A stretch of 64,000 nt of DNA from Takakia lepidozioides (GCA_030704615.1 CM060732.1:6200001-6264000); one strand, 5' to 3'. Shown: positions 11,879 to 24,483, counted from the first letter of the stretch. Notes: generated from the sequence alone by a model not told the origin. Numbers and translations are program-made.

Positions 11879-12616
11879 TCAAAGTAGGTGTATCCCCTCC
11901 CACTTGAACCTCTTGGCTCGTTGCAAGATCCGATCCCTCTCCCTGGCAGTCACAGTGGCTGTCGTGTCTCCCGTGCAGAGGTAGTCCAACACAGCCGAAT
12001 CCTCATGTATATCTCTGGCACCACCTGGCTCATCACTAGCCTCAGGGTCCTCAGACACTCCGTCTACAGTCATCCCTATTGTAGGTCCAACCTGACCTCC
12101 CGATGCCAAGATACACAAAAATGCAGATGCGTGCCATCCCGGCACCATCTCCTCGTCCGTCTCACCATGCCACCGACCTCCAGTGTCATCCTGCTGGCTT
12201 ATGCATGGATTGCGACTCAATCCATCCGCATCCCGATTGACCAAACCCGGTCGATGCACAACCTGAAAGTCATACTCCTGGAGTATGAGTGCCCACCGTG
12301 CAAGCTTCCCCGTAAGCTTGTCTGACTCCATCAACCACTTGAGTGGCTGGTGATCCGTGACAAGGGTGAAAAGATTGCCGTATAGATAGCACCTGAAGTG
12401 TGCCACAGCCCACACTGCAGCTAAGCACTCTCCCTCATATGAGTTGTACTTAGCCTCTGCAGCATTGTTCAGGCGGCTAGCATAAGCCACTACGAACTCT
12501 CTTCCCTCATCATCCACCTGTGTGAGCACCGCTCCAAGCCCCAACATGCTCCAATCCGTATGCAGCTGAAAGGGACGCCCCCTGATAGGTCGTCTCAGGA
12601 TAGGCGTCGAGGTCAA
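11879..12616 (-). CDS. pol: Element 2 RNase H (Ty3 type)
   Basis: FQLHTDWS..GLGAVL, YEGECLAAVWAV, TDHQPL, LARWALILQEYDF, NRDADGLSR. Confidence 0.95.
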   Translation of the reverse strand: MTSTPILRRPIRGRPFQLHTDWSMLGLGAVLTQVDDEGREFVVAYASRLNNAAEAKYNSYEGECLAAVWAVAHFRCYLYGNLFTLVTDHQPLKWLMESDKLTGKLARWALILQEYDFQVVHRPGLVNRDADGLSRNPCISQQDDTGGRWHGETDEEMVPGWHASAFLCILASGGQVGPTIGMTVDGVSEDPEASDEPGGARDIHEDSAVLDYLCTGDTTATVTARERDRILQRAKRFKWEGIHLL

Positions 12617-12670
12617 CCTCGCCTTTAGCTCTTGAAAAGCTCGTTCCTGCTCATCTTCCCACTGCCACTC

Positions 12671-13528
12671 CTAGTCCACCTTGGTCAGCTTGGTTAGAGC
12701 CTTTGCAATGGTACTAAATCCCTTGACAAACCGTCTATAATAGTTTGCCAACCCCATGAAAGCTTGAACTCGGCTCACATCCGTGGGGCGTGGAATTTGT
12801 GCAATGGCCTCTACCTTAGTTTGCTGTACCCCCAATCCTCCAGGATATATCATGTGACCCAGATACTCAATCTGGTTGTGGAAAAACTTGCACTTCCCTG
12901 GATGCAACTTCAATCCGTGCGCTCTCAAGCGAAGGTGTCTCTCATGCTCCTCCATCGTAACACTAAAGATGATGATGTCATCTATGTAGCACCGAGCAAA
13001 GTCCACCCCTGCTAGAATCCTATCCATGACTCTCTGAAACTCTGCAGGAGCATTCTTAAGCCCAAATGGTAAGAACCGCCACTGATATAGGCAATCCTTC
13101 CCGTGCTCATTGATCCCCCTGAATGTCGTCTTCTGTTTGTCCACCTCCTTGATTGGCAACTGGTGATATCCGGATCGTAAATCCAAAGTGTTAAAGACCT
13201 TAGCATGCCCGATGGCATCAAAGATCTCCTCTGGTGTTGGCATGGCATACTTATCGGACTTGGTCTGACGATTTACAGGCCGGTAATCACCGCACATACG
13301 TCTCTCCGTCCAATTGCCATAGACATCCTTCTTGGCTAGCATCACTGTGGCTGAAGCATACTCTCCACCAGAGAGCTCCACCAAACCTGCCTCCCAGAGA
13401 TCTTGAGTCCTCATCTGAATCAAAGACCTCTCCATGTCACTGTATCTATAGGGTCTCCGAAAGATTGGCGTGTCAGTGGCCAACTCAATACGGATCTCTT
13501 GACCCTTCAGTGCTCCCAAGTCCTTCAA
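12671..13528 (-). CDS. pol: Element 2 reverse transcriptase
   Basis: RMCGDYRPVN, LDLRSGYHQ, LPFGLKNAP, YIDD. Confidence 0.97.
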   Translation of the reverse strand: MKDLGALKGQEIRIELATDTPIFRRPYRYSDMERSLIQMRTQDLWEAGLVELSGGEYASATVMLAKKDVYGNWTERRMCGDYRPVNRQTKSDKYAMPTPEEIFDAIGHAKVFNTLDLRSGYHQLPIKEVDKQKTTFRGINEHGKDCLYQWRFLPFGLKNAPAEFQRVMDRILAGVDFARCYIDDIIIFSVTMEEHERHLRLRAHGLKLHPGKCKFFHNQIEYLGHMIYPGGLGVQQTKVEAIAQIPRPTDVSRVQAFMGLANYYRRFVKGFSTIAKALTKLTKVD

Positions 13529-13979
13529 ACTGAAGGCAAAGCAATTCCTGTAAGCCCTCAGGAACCGCCGTATACGTCGTCTATCTCCTCCGGTGACAAT
13601 GGGTCCAATGTCAGGCTCCCAATTGTCCTCCGTAACGCAACCTTAAGTCCAGTGGGCTTAGAGGTAGAGGACGCGTCTAGTGGTTGCTATGTTGCAACCT
13701 CTTGAGCAGTACTCCCTACCTGCTCAGTCAGTGACAATGTCTCATCCTGCCCCATCATCTCATCCTCAATGACTTCCTCCACCTGAGAAAAATCCCCAAC
13801 CTCATCTTTCATCGCCACCTTGGCTGCCAACTCCCTCTGAACCTTGAGCACCTCCCACGTGTGCCATGGATGCATGCACCCCGTGGTCCTCACATGCTCG
13901 CCCCCACTCACTGCCTGTACCGTCTCGGTAGGCAGAGAGACCATCGAGGGAAGTGTACTCCGCACTCTGCGTTGCTCAG

Positions 13980-14569
13980 CCATAGCCAAGCTGATAATCC
14001 AGGTCAAGCAATTGAGATCCATTGCTTGCCCCAACACTTGATGACGTGATGCTCAGAAAGAGACGACGCCGCCGTGGTACCAGTGATAAAACCCATTGCC
14101 TGCTCACGCTCGTCAGCATTAGGCTCCACTAACTGCTGCAACTGAGCATCCCACAGGAGGCGGGCCACTATCCCGGAAAGCATGCGATCCTGGGAAGCTG
14201 AGTAGTGTAGGTAATGCTGCTCGTGGTTGACCCACCTTGTTGACCACTGCCAAAGGTGAACGGTCATTGTGTCTCACACGCTGAGACTGCCTCCCTGTGT
14301 CCAGAATGCTATCCACTGTGAGATGTACTGGCCGCTGCACCCCATCAAATGCACGCTTGAGCAGGGCAGGTGGCATCAAGTTAGTCAACCATAGCCGTGG
14401 ACGATGAGCCCGTGACCCCACTGTAGCTGCATCTAGCAACACTGCTGACCCAAGCCACAATCGGACTTGATGCACACTGGCCATCACCCTGGCCCGAGAA
14501 TCGCCCATCAGTGGCACATTCTCCAAGATGTATGCTGGAGATACAGCTTGATGAAGCTGCAAGTGGCGC
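13980..14569 (-). pseudogene. C5 cytosine DNA methyltransferase, C-terminal half (motifs VI-X)
   Basis: YILENV (VI), GSRAHRPRLWLTNL (VIII), EREQAMGF..GTT (IX), LGQAMDL (X), across frameshifts. Confidence 0.85.
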
Positions 14570-14716
14570 TACTTAAACCCCGACAAGCTTTCTACACTTC
14601 CTCTTCTGCGAACTGGAAATTGTTGTATGTATACACAAGTTCCAGTGTGCTTCATACTGATGTTGATACAAGAATTGGTAATTCAATTCCTTACAACAAG
14701 AGCAAGACTAAGGGAA

Positions 14717-16919
14717 ATGGCAGGCGTCAAGCGGAAGACACCATGCCCTTATACACAGGTGGGATTCAAGATCAGCCCAGCCTTGAGGAGGATTGAGCAA
14801 GACGCAAAAACACCGGAATTACTCGACAGTCTTGGCCTATTGTATTTCATCAATAACCTGGATTGGAATCTCAAACACAACAAGCTGTGCAGGGAGTTCT
14901 TGGAGAATTACAACACTAATACTCGGACCACCAACGTTCGCCACACAGATATTACTAACGGAGCAGTACCTAGTAGAGGTGTTTAATCTTCCCGGTCAAG
15001 ATGTCCCAGCGCATAGCAACAAACCACTGAGGTTTACCATCACAGATCTGTTTAAAGATCTCATGCAAGCAGATCAGGGCTACACATGTAGTCAAAGCAA
15101 AAATCCAGGCTTTCAGAAGATAAGTCCAGTGCTTAGCACGTTGCTTTGCCTTAGGCAAAACCACAGCTATTGCACCAACGAACTGCTTGACCAGGTGTTG
15201 ATTTGCCTCAACGGGCAAATCGTGAATTGGGCAGGCTTCTTACTAAAGAAGTTGATCCAAGAATTAACCCGACTGACAAAGAAGAAAAACCAGTCGACAA
15301 CAACCATGGTAACTCCCCTACTTCTGCAAATGATCCGACACACCGTGCATTTGACACCACAAGAGCAAACAACATTAGGAGTCATGCAGCGAGCAGACAC
15401 GGTGGAGGAGGAAGGAAGCGAGATGGCAGCAAGGCAAGATGAGGAAGGACAACCATTGGAGGAAGAGGGCAGATTTGTAAAGAGGGCCCGAATCAACGAA
15501 GCGACAACGAGCGCAATGGCAGAAGACCTCTTCAACTCGACGGCTGATTCTACACTGCAGAGAGAAGAGAGAATCAACAACCAGAAGGAGGGGACAAGCG
15601 TAGGCCAATGAAGCAACACCTTTGGAAATTACCCCTGCCAACACAGAAATAAAGCAGGACAACACCTGCAGAGGTCGAGCAACCAGCAACAGAGGCGGGA
15701 GCCATAGTTGTGCAGCAACAGCAGGTGGTGCAAGCAACACAAGGTCAGCAGCAGCAAGACAATAATTCTAATTTGGAATTATTACTCTCACAACAACAGG
15801 TCCTAGACACAACAACATGGGACACAGGATTGGAGGAAACCCCAGCAAACGCAATTCTACACGCCTTGAGCCAGGCAACATTCCAGATGAACAGGGCCAA
15901 AGATTACATAAGCCCGGAGAACCTTACAATGATTATGGATCACCTCAAAGAAAAGCACTAGAGGGAACTTGCAGCAGCACGTACTGTTTGTAACCATGAG
16001 GTTACAATTGCAGCTTTGGAGAATCAACAGACCATCATGCTCAACCGATACAACACACTGGCAAACAGCCGAGATGAATGGGAACAGAGATGGCAAAGGC
16101 AGAAACTGGAGACACAACATGTACAGGCAGATCTCGATGCAGAGAGAGAAAGATCCAGAGCCATAGAGGAGGAAGTAATACCCTCAAAAAACAGCTTCAC
16201 GAGACTAAGACACAAGCAGACATAATTCTAGCAAACAATACTGTACTACTGAGAGAGAGAGAAAAGACTGAGAGTATGCTATTCACAGCCACTACAGAAA
16301 GAGACATTGCCCTAGGCAATGAACAAGAATGGAAGAAGCAGCTGGAGAAGCTGACACTTCAAGCAGGACTGGACGTAATAGATGCAGCCTTAGCACGAGC
16401 ATGGCTAAATGAAGGGAATCCCATTGAGATGAAGAAACTCAACAGGACAATGCTGCAGACCAATTGGCGGAATTGGTGACAAATATTCACGAGGAATACC
16501 TTCCACCAATTCCAGAGCAAGAATTAGTGGATGAGGATGAGCAGGAGGAACAAGACTACGAACAAGGACGGGAAGCACAAATTCAGTCAACAACAACAAC
16601 ACCAGCACAAACTCCACCAGCAACACAACCACCACAGCTTCAACAGACACCGGTACAAGCCACAGCAGGGCCCTCCACACAAGAGGTAAACCCCCTGCCA
16701 TTGCCAAGCATTCTTGTGGCATCAACTTTAGTAGCAGTGGATGATTTTCAAATCATGCCATGCAAACAGAATGGGGAATGGCTAAAATATTCAAAGGATT
16801 ACTTTAAGATGATGGTAGTCCCAGCCCACCAAATCCCAGAAATGGTGGATAAGGTATTCAAGCTTACAGGTATTCAAGAGTCAAGGTTACAACCCCCCCC
16901 CCCCCCCCCCAACCCGTAA
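14717..16919 (+). pseudogene. Frameshifted homologue of the element 1 3' extra ORF (30008-32509) from a related family
   Basis: DWNLKHNKLCREFLENY..T..TNVR..ILLTEQYLVEVFNL versus DWSLHHRQFMIQFLQNF..T..TQVR..IEITPQYLQQLFDL; both have GYxC and a C-terminal coiled coil. Confidence 0.7.
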
Positions 16920-16924
16920 CTGCA

Positions 16925-18206
16925 TTGGATCAGCTTCAGAATGCTGAAGAGTCCCATGTGTACAGAGGTAGGCCAGGGGGGGACTCGGACCCTTCAAAAA
17001 AGCATGGCATGAAGCAAAGATCATGTCTTTGGAGTCTACCGTATTGGAAGGTATGCTTGTTCAATCTGCCCCCATTTCTAGGACATTACATATGTTGCAG
17101 CTCCTCTCAATTACATGCGTTTGTTGTATGGTCAATGTTCACTTTAGTTTCTTGCAATGCATTTTCAGATCATGGCTGAGAAATTAGAGTCTGAACACTC
17201 CACAAATTCCACTGCCTTTCACATATTTCACTTCTTATTGCCATCTCACTTGGTAGAAGGTTGTCACCAATGGGCTGAATTGGTTGCTTTGCTGAAAGTG
17301 GGAAGGGCCGTGTAATGCCAGGATTTGCTGATAAGGTACACTTAAGATGTTATGCATTGTGAAAACATTTTGAAGACCAATATTATGGGGTTGAAGGATA
17401 CACCAAAGAGTAGGAAGGGGACATGGAGTTTCAAGGCAAATGATGCCACCTGTGGCTAAGGCCCCACCACAACAATGGTAGGAAATTGGAGAAGCCCCAT
17501 GCTCCGTACGTGTTGAACCATGAAGAATCAGGATCCTTCATGTCCACTCTTGGTGCTTTGAAAACGGCCACGGGGTATGGCGGAGCATTCAAGAAGCATG
17601 TGGGCAACCAGAAGCTCTCAAGCATGAAGTCCCATGATTTTCATATCCTCATGCAACAGGTTCTTCCCCTTTGCATCCGGGGATTGTTGGGTAAAGGTGC
17701 AAGGCAAGCCATCATGAGGATTTCAAGGGTTTTTCATCATTTATGCATGAAGACCGTGGATCCCGAAAGTTCGGGGGCCTTGAAGGATGATGTGGTTCTT
17801 ACCCTTTGTTTGGTTGAGAAAGAATTCCCCCCCTCTTTCTTTGATGTTATGTCCCACCTTGTACTCCACCTTGTGGATGAATTGGCGCTTTGTGGCCCGG
17901 TTTGTACCCGCTGGATGTACCCATTGAAAGGTACATGAAAACCTTGAAGGGGTATGTCAGGAACTATGCCCGGCCAGAAAGGAGCATGCAGGCAAGTGGG
18001 TTCTCCCATGAGGAGGCCCTTGGCTTCCTCACGGAGTATATTGCTGAGTCTGAGGGAACATCTAGGCGAATATGGGATTCTAATGAAGATCAAGAGAGGA
18101 TTGCTGGAGAGCTTTTGGAAGGAGAAGGAGCACAAAGGACCATGTTAGTGGAGCTCCATGATAGTGCGCACGATTATGTGCTTCACAATACAAAGTGCTT
18201 GAGGCC
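16925..18206 (+). pseudogene. CACTA TnpD-like transposase fragment (DUF4218 region)
   Basis: LWSLPYWK, DVMHC, MKSHDFHILMQQVLP, EKEFPPSFFDVMSHLVLHLV, RWMYP.ERYMKTLKGYVRN. Confidence 0.9.
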
Positions 18207-18874
18207 GAGGTTTACTATTTCATGAGCAGAAACCATGAGCCATGAGCCATGAGCCGCATGAGCCGCATGAGCGGTGAGCCGAAGTCTAAGATACGCGGAT
18301 TTCATGAGCGGACTCCTCCAAATTTGGAAATGCGGCAGATTAAACAAGTATTAAAATAATAGTTTTTTTATTTGACCTTGCCGTTTTTGGATGTTCCAGA
18401 TCATGTAATGCGGCAAAGATATGTTGTCAGTAACAAGTCCGCTCATGGTTTTATAGATCCGCTCATGGAAATAAGTGACCGTGCAACGGGAAATCCAGTA
18501 TACCACTGCAAAAGGACGTCGCATACTGGCTTGTATAGAGTATTCCGCGGTTTTACATGCCTTAACATTGGAATGAAGCTGACCCTTTTGCCGCGATTGA
18601 ACCAATGGAGTCTGCACCAATACAGTCTGCAGTACTTCACAATTATGTCTTCTTCGGGTATCCGGCGGGAAAGGTTTGCAACTGAACTGGGAAATAAGGT
18701 GCCGCATTAGGGTTCGCACGTGCGAAATTTCGGAGCGGTTTGGTGTTGGCGAAGGCCGCCTCTACCAGTACCTACGACGATACTTGGAAATGCGGCGCCG
18801 CATTTCCTTGTCGGAGGTCGAATGAGGAAAGCAAGTTTTCGGAAAGCAGAAAAACATGAACCCTCCAACATACA
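18207..18874. mobile_element. Terminus of a related MULE with CATGAGC repeats
   Basis: GAGGTTTACTATTTCATGAGC at 18207; palindrome GGAAATGCGGCGCCGCATTTCC at 18786-18807. Confidence 0.75.
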
Positions 18875-19350
18875 AAAACCCGCACCATCTCCCAAAACAG
18901 ACCCGACCTCGAGTCTCGCAATCCATTGCCATGCCTGGCTGATGAATGCCCTTGGCAGGGCCAACCTGCCACTACCAGATCAATGGAGCCAACCTGCTCC
19001 AAATCCTGCGCCCCCAACAACGAAATGTCTGCTAGCAAGGCCTGCTGATATCCACGAATTGCAGACACCGACAACAACTCAGGGTACCGCTGCACCAACT
19101 GAGCAACATGGCGAAGTGAAATGCGTCGTGCAGTCTCATCCCTCTCCACATATAGGTAACACCGAACTCGTACACCTGCCTGTAACACAGCAGCCAATCC
19201 GGTGCTGATCCCGCCAAACAAGTCCAGAAGACAAATGCCTTCATCCGGATACTGCCACACAATAGGTGTGGTGTCCAATGGAGACAATTGAGGTGGTCCT
19301 GGTGCAATCCCCGCACTCTCCTCCTCTCTTGACGGTACAAAAGCCTCCAC
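18875..19350 (-). pseudogene. C5 cytosine DNA methyltransferase, N-terminal half (motifs I-V)
   Basis: LLDLFGGISTG (I), YVERDE (II), ADI (III), IDLVVAGWPCQGHS (IV, catalytic PC), GLRDSRSGLFWEMVRV (V). Confidence 0.92.
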
Positions 19351-20172
19351 CTAGGCTTGTTGCACCCGTCGATCAGCATCCCACTGCAAATCCTTGCTCG
19401 TGCCCCACAATGGAGTCTGAGCAACCATGGTAGGCAACTCTGCCATACCATACATGTCATCTTGCTCTCCCGGAGGTGGCACATCCTCTGAATGAGCGTT
19501 GCCCTCAAGCAACTCTCCAGGCCAACTCACTGCCGCTATGAATGCTGCTAGTGTGGGCATCTTGCCTCGCTGGGCAACCGCAACTCCTCCTATGAACGTC
19601 ACAGGGAGCTGCACACGCCGACCCTCCCCTGATTGCCATGCAGGCCTATAGGAAGATGATTCCTCCCAAAAATCCAGGGTGAAGCCCATGGGGTACAACA
19701 CTGCCCCACCAACCAGAACATCGTATGAGACCGCGTCTGTCACAATGGCCTTGGCTCGCATCATTGAGCCATCTGTAGGGTGATCCGGCCGTAGTCTGAT
19801 AGCCAACTCACGCCATGTCATGCCCCGAGCTTGCTTCGATCCTCCCAGAGACGTCTGTATCTGGAAAGGACAAGGCTCCATATCCGCCTCCGTGAGGCCC
19901 AAGCCTGCAATAGCAGCTCTGCCCAACATCAATGGCTGAGCTCCCGAGTCCAACAAGACCCGCAGTGGCCGGTACCTCTTGCCTGCCGGTCCACTCAAAC
20001 AGAAAATGTCATCCTGGTTGTCTAACATGACAACTCCGGGTGTCACCATGGCGCGCTCAATGGGTGGCCTAGCTGGCAGCTCCATCAACCTGGTAGCTGC
20101 AGCTTGCCATGGCGCCGCCGTGGCAGTCTTGACCCTCAAATCCGAGGATCCCTCCGGCACTACACCTCCCAC
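19351..20172 (-). CDS. pol: Element 2 aspartic protease
   Basis: VLLDSGAQ and YDVLVGG; same frame as the MTase, separated by a single TAG. Confidence 0.85.
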   Translation of the reverse strand: MGGVVPEGSSDLRVKTATAAPWQAAATRLMELPARPPIERAMVTPGVVMLDNQDDIFCLSGPAGKRYRPLRVLLDSGAQPLMLGRAAIAGLGLTEADMEPCPFQIQTSLGGSKQARGMTWRELAIRLRPDHPTDGSMMRAKAIVTDAVSYDVLVGGAVLYPMGFTLDFWEESSSYRPAWQSGEGRRVQLPVTFIGGVAVAQRGKMPTLAAFIAAVSWPGELLEGNAHSEDVPPPGEQDDMYGMAELPTMVAQTPLWGTSKDLQWDADRRVQQA

Positions 20173-22160
20173 TATCTCCGAGAAGATGAAATAACCTCCC
20201 CACTCTCACAGAGTGTAGGTGCCAGCCTGAACACCTCAGCTGGTCTTACCCCTGGCGTCGCAATCATGGTAGCCAAGAACAATGGAGCCTGGCACACCGA
20301 TGTGGCCGCTCCTAGCAGCACACTAGCTGCCGTAGTCTTGGCAACACTAGGTAGTGGTGCTACCCGTGTAGCTCTCCCCAATGGCATAGTAACCTCCGCC
20401 TCGGTAACAGTTGGGCGCGAACTAGGTGCCATGGATGGCCTCTCTGCCAATGTGAATGACTGAGGAAGCCTAGCCTGACGGCTTGCCTCCCCACGCTGTG
20501 GATCCAACTCCACCTCCGCACCCCGTGGCTCAGGAACTCGTGCTGCTCCTCGAGTCACGGCTGCAGCAGACTCCACCTGCACTAGTGGTAGTGCTGCTCC
20601 ACACATGAATCCCATGCCTCCCATATCTCCTCCCTCAGGAGCAGGAGGTGGACCATCCGGCCTTAGAGCCGGTACCACCTAAGCTGTAGCCATGGCAGTG
20701 AGCCTCTGCTCTAGCTGCTGAAGCCGGTTGGCCATGCCTTGGTCAACACCCTGACCTCCGCGTCCTTGGCCATGTTGAGCTTGCCCTTGGCCTGCACCTC
20801 GTGCCTGGCCACCTCGTCCTCTTTGGGCTGCTCCACCTCGCCCCCGACCACCATTGTTCCCTTAGAACTGGCCTGGGCGCAACTCAGGATGCAAACCATA
20901 ACACTGGGCCTCTCCATGTCCGTGCTTGCCACAATGCCCACACTGCAACTGTGCAGGCTGTGCATGTGCCGGCCTTTTGCCTCCCTCTGGGCAATCCTTC
21001 TTGACATGGGGTCCTCCACATGTCCAGCACACCACATCCGCCCGTTGTTGGCCAGCAAATGAAGGGAGAGACCCCTGCATCTGAGGTCCTCTCTCCCCTT
21101 CCCTGAGCTTCATCTGAGCCCCCTTGTTGCCTTGAGCACGTTGAGGTAGTGGTTGGCTAGGAGCACCAATACCCCGTGGTGTCTCCTTAGCAAATCCCAC
21201 CATGACCACTCGTTCCTCCACCATGTTGAGCTCTATCCGCTCTGCCAGCAAAAACACATTTGCTAAGGTGGGTTGGGCCGCTTGTAGAAGAGTTGCATCC
21301 CGCACCCCTTCTCCTCAGCTCCTTGTCCAATATCCCATACCAGAATTGGACTGCCTGAGCTTCCGTAACCCCTTGGGTTACATTTATCAAGCGCCTCATG
21401 TGAGTGAAAGCCTCCCTCAAGCTCTCGGTCGGCTTCCGTTGGAACTCTTGCAAGCTCCGCAACTTCTCTGTCCTCACCCCTTGGTAGTTCCCTCTCAACT
21501 CTTCGAAGAACTCCACAACAGGGTTGAAGGCAGGCACGGGTACTAGTGCTGGTGCGGTAATGGCTTGGGTGGACGTCGTAGCTACTGTACCACCAGTCCC
21601 ACTAGTCCCACTGCTACTCGATGAAGCTGCCGGTGCAGCGGCAGGTGTAGCCACTGCCCTCGAGGCTCTAGTGCCCCTAGTGATGGAGACATAGTCGGGT
21701 GACTAGTACATCCTCCACTCCTCGATCTCAACCTCATGCCCCCGCCTGAACTCATGGTAATCATCCATAGGCGGCCCCTCAAGGTGCTGAAACAGCCCCT
21801 TCCATGCCATGAAAGGCGTAAATAGTTGTGGATTGCGCATTTGCTGCAAATCACACCAACTATCAAACTCTTGGATAAAATCATCCAACTCGATGGTGCC
21901 CACCGCCCCAGAGTACTTCGTGGCCCCTTGGTAGCTCCATACATCTCCTCCATTGTGTCCCACAACAATGGCAAGGAAACAACTTGCACCGCCGGTATGA
22001 GTCCTCCTGATTCACAATCCGAATCAGAACCTTCTGTAGAAGACACAGGAGGTGAAGGTGGCCTAAACCGCACACCTCGTCTCGTGTACCTACTAGTATC
22101 GCTAGTGCTCAAACCGGCACTATCCCCAGCAACTAGTGGCACCTCCGTGTTGACACTCAA
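20172..22160 (-). pseudogene. gag: Element 2 Gag (several frameshifts/stops)
   Basis: KYSG...ELDDFIQEFD, LQEFQRKPTESLRE, knuckles CWTCGGPHVKKDC and CGHCGKHGHGEAQC. Confidence 0.85.
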
Positions 22161-22899
22161 CCGGTCATGAACATGTCCCTAACCCCCTCTCCACAAGGTA
22201 ACCGGGTAGAGAACCTGTTGCGGCATATGGTTTGGAATACTAAGTTCCTAACATAGCCTACACCTGTACCTGCATCCACCGCAAGCACTCCTATGGTTGG
22301 CTGGTCATCACCTCCAACCTCACCACAGGAGAAACAATGATGGTCTGGCTGGTCATCACCCCAGCCTCACCATCGATAGCATGCTCTAGGACTGGCCGGT
22401 GATCAAATCCGGACCAATCACCTATAAAAACAAGTGCCCACACAAAACTAGCATGGCGCACAGTCAAGCATGCAGGTATGGAGGGGATCCAAACACAAGA
22501 AATCAGAACGACAACTCCCCCACACCAAAAACAACTCCACGGTGTTGCTCCTGCAAGGACACCCCAGCCCAAACCCGGACTAACTCTTGCCTCCACCTAC
22601 GGAAAGGTCTTGGCCTAATGAGAGGGTGGAAACTACGAGGAAAAGAAGCTAAAGCAATGCCTAACCCCAGCATGCCCTCATCCCAACACTCTTCCTCTCC
22701 TCTCTTCCCTCACTTGCATGACCATGGGAATATCATGAAGATACTCCTCAAACCGCCCTCCACGAGCTTCAAAAATTCGGCCTTCAAGACCACATGCCAG
22801 TCCTTAGGCAGTCCACCAATGCCTCCACGAGTCAGTACAGGCCGTCCACAGGTCAACACGGACCACCACAGACCAGCACAGGCCCACACAGCTCACTGG

Positions 22900-23386
22900 T
22901 CATAGCCGTCACAGCCCTACACAGATCACAGGGTCACAGCCTGTCACAGCCCCACAGGCCACTGGGCACAGCCCATCACAGCCCGTCACAGCTCGCCACA
23001 GCCCCACAGGCCACAGCCTGTCACAGCCCCTCACAGCCCGTCACAGCTTGCCACAGCCTGTCACAGCCCATCACAGCCCCACAGGCCACAGGGCACATCC
23101 TGTCACAGCCCGCCACAGCCCGTCACAGCTCGCCACAGCCCCACAAGCCATAGGGCACAGCCCGCCACAGCCTGTCACAGCCCCTCACAGCCCGTCATAG
23201 CTCGCCACAGCCTATCACAGCCCGTCACAGCCCCACAGGCCACAGGGCACAGCCTGTCACAGCCCGCCACAGCCTATCACAGCCCCTCACAGCCCCTCAC
23301 AGCTTGCCATAGCCTGTCACAGCCCATCACAGCCCATCACAGCCCCACAGGCCACAGGCCACAGCCTGTCACAGCCCGCCACAGCC
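22900..23386. repeat. Minisatellite of CACAGCC(C/T)(G/A)(T/C) units of about 7-11 bp in the element 2 5' UTR
   Basis: Dozens of CACAGC cores visible in tandem. Confidence 0.95.
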
Positions 23387-23419
23387 TTCTCTTCTAGTTC
23401 TTTAAAGCTTGAAAACAAA

Positions 23420-23790
23420 AGCCCAATGGACTGAAGGCATGTTCCACACATGCCCCACTCTCACCACCAGAGAATCAGCCCCTTTGCTTTCTTTCTTGCA
23501 CCCACCAACCTGAAAATACACGCTTCAGCGGGCTAGAAGCATGCTCCACACATGCCCTACAAGGAAACCAGCCCCTTCCTTCCTTTCTTGCACTCCCAAA
23601 ATTGAAAGTACAAGCCTTCAACAGGCCGAAAGCATGCTCCACACATGCATTGCCCTCACATAAGGGAAGTCAGCCCTTCCCTCTTCCTTGCTTGCCCTCC
23701 AAGCTTGAAGATGGAAGCTTCAATGAGCTGAATACATGCTCCACACATGCAACCTCTTCACACAAGAGGTATCAACCCCCTACCTTGGCT
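23420..23790. repeat. Four degenerate repeats of about 90-105 bp (GCATGCTCCACACATGC core)
   Basis: Core at about 23437, 23538, 23631 and 23735, each followed by cagccc(c/t)tt-like sequence. Confidence 0.7.
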
Positions 23791-24483
23791 CCTTGGCTCC
23801 TTGATGCTCTCTAAGACAAGACTAAGCACTCCACAGCCTTTGCCAAGCTCCTGAAACCCTAAGGATTACATTTCCAGCCACAAGACACTCATCTTGTGGT
23901 GCAAGAGCTTTTCTTCCAAGCTCTGAAACCCTAGGTGCACATTCCATGGCCTTGCCGCACCTCTTAGCTCCTGTTCCAGCCCCGCTCTTGCCATGGCAAG
24001 AGCCCTCATACCGCTGGAGTTTCAGATTGAAGCCCCCAACTCAACATAGCCACAAATGCATTGGCTTGCATACAAGAGAAATCAGCCATCTCTCTTCACT
24101 CATACCTCCTTATGAGCTTGAAGTTGGAGCTCCTGATAACTGTGACTTACATCTCACACCCTCGCAGCTCCACATTGTTGCAACTCCTTAACTCGGCCTG
24201 CAGCTAAAGAAGACGACCACCAGTTCGCCCACTCGAGACCAGCATCTCCCCCGCTTCACACTAGAAACCCAAACTTGGTTGCCATAGCGTTGAGCTATGC
24301 AATGCCGCTCTTCAACATAGGCTACCCGCCTCTCTATCCATTGCAAACCTGCAACATGTTCGCCTTTGCACTCTATCCACTTTGGATAGGCTCATGCACG
24401 GATCCCTGCACTCTAGGCTGAACCGCTTCTCATTAAAACACAAGTGCTACAAAACAACTCGAACCTGGCACTCACAGACTCGA

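Larger units (their letters stand above)
14570..18874 (+). mobile_element. Composite TE-fragment insertion splitting the methyltransferase
   Basis: Flanks rejoin on - as ...WEMVRV-L-RHLQLHQ...; contains a Ty3 extra-ORF fragment, a CACTA transposase fragment and a MULE terminus; no TSD seen. Confidence 0.8.
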
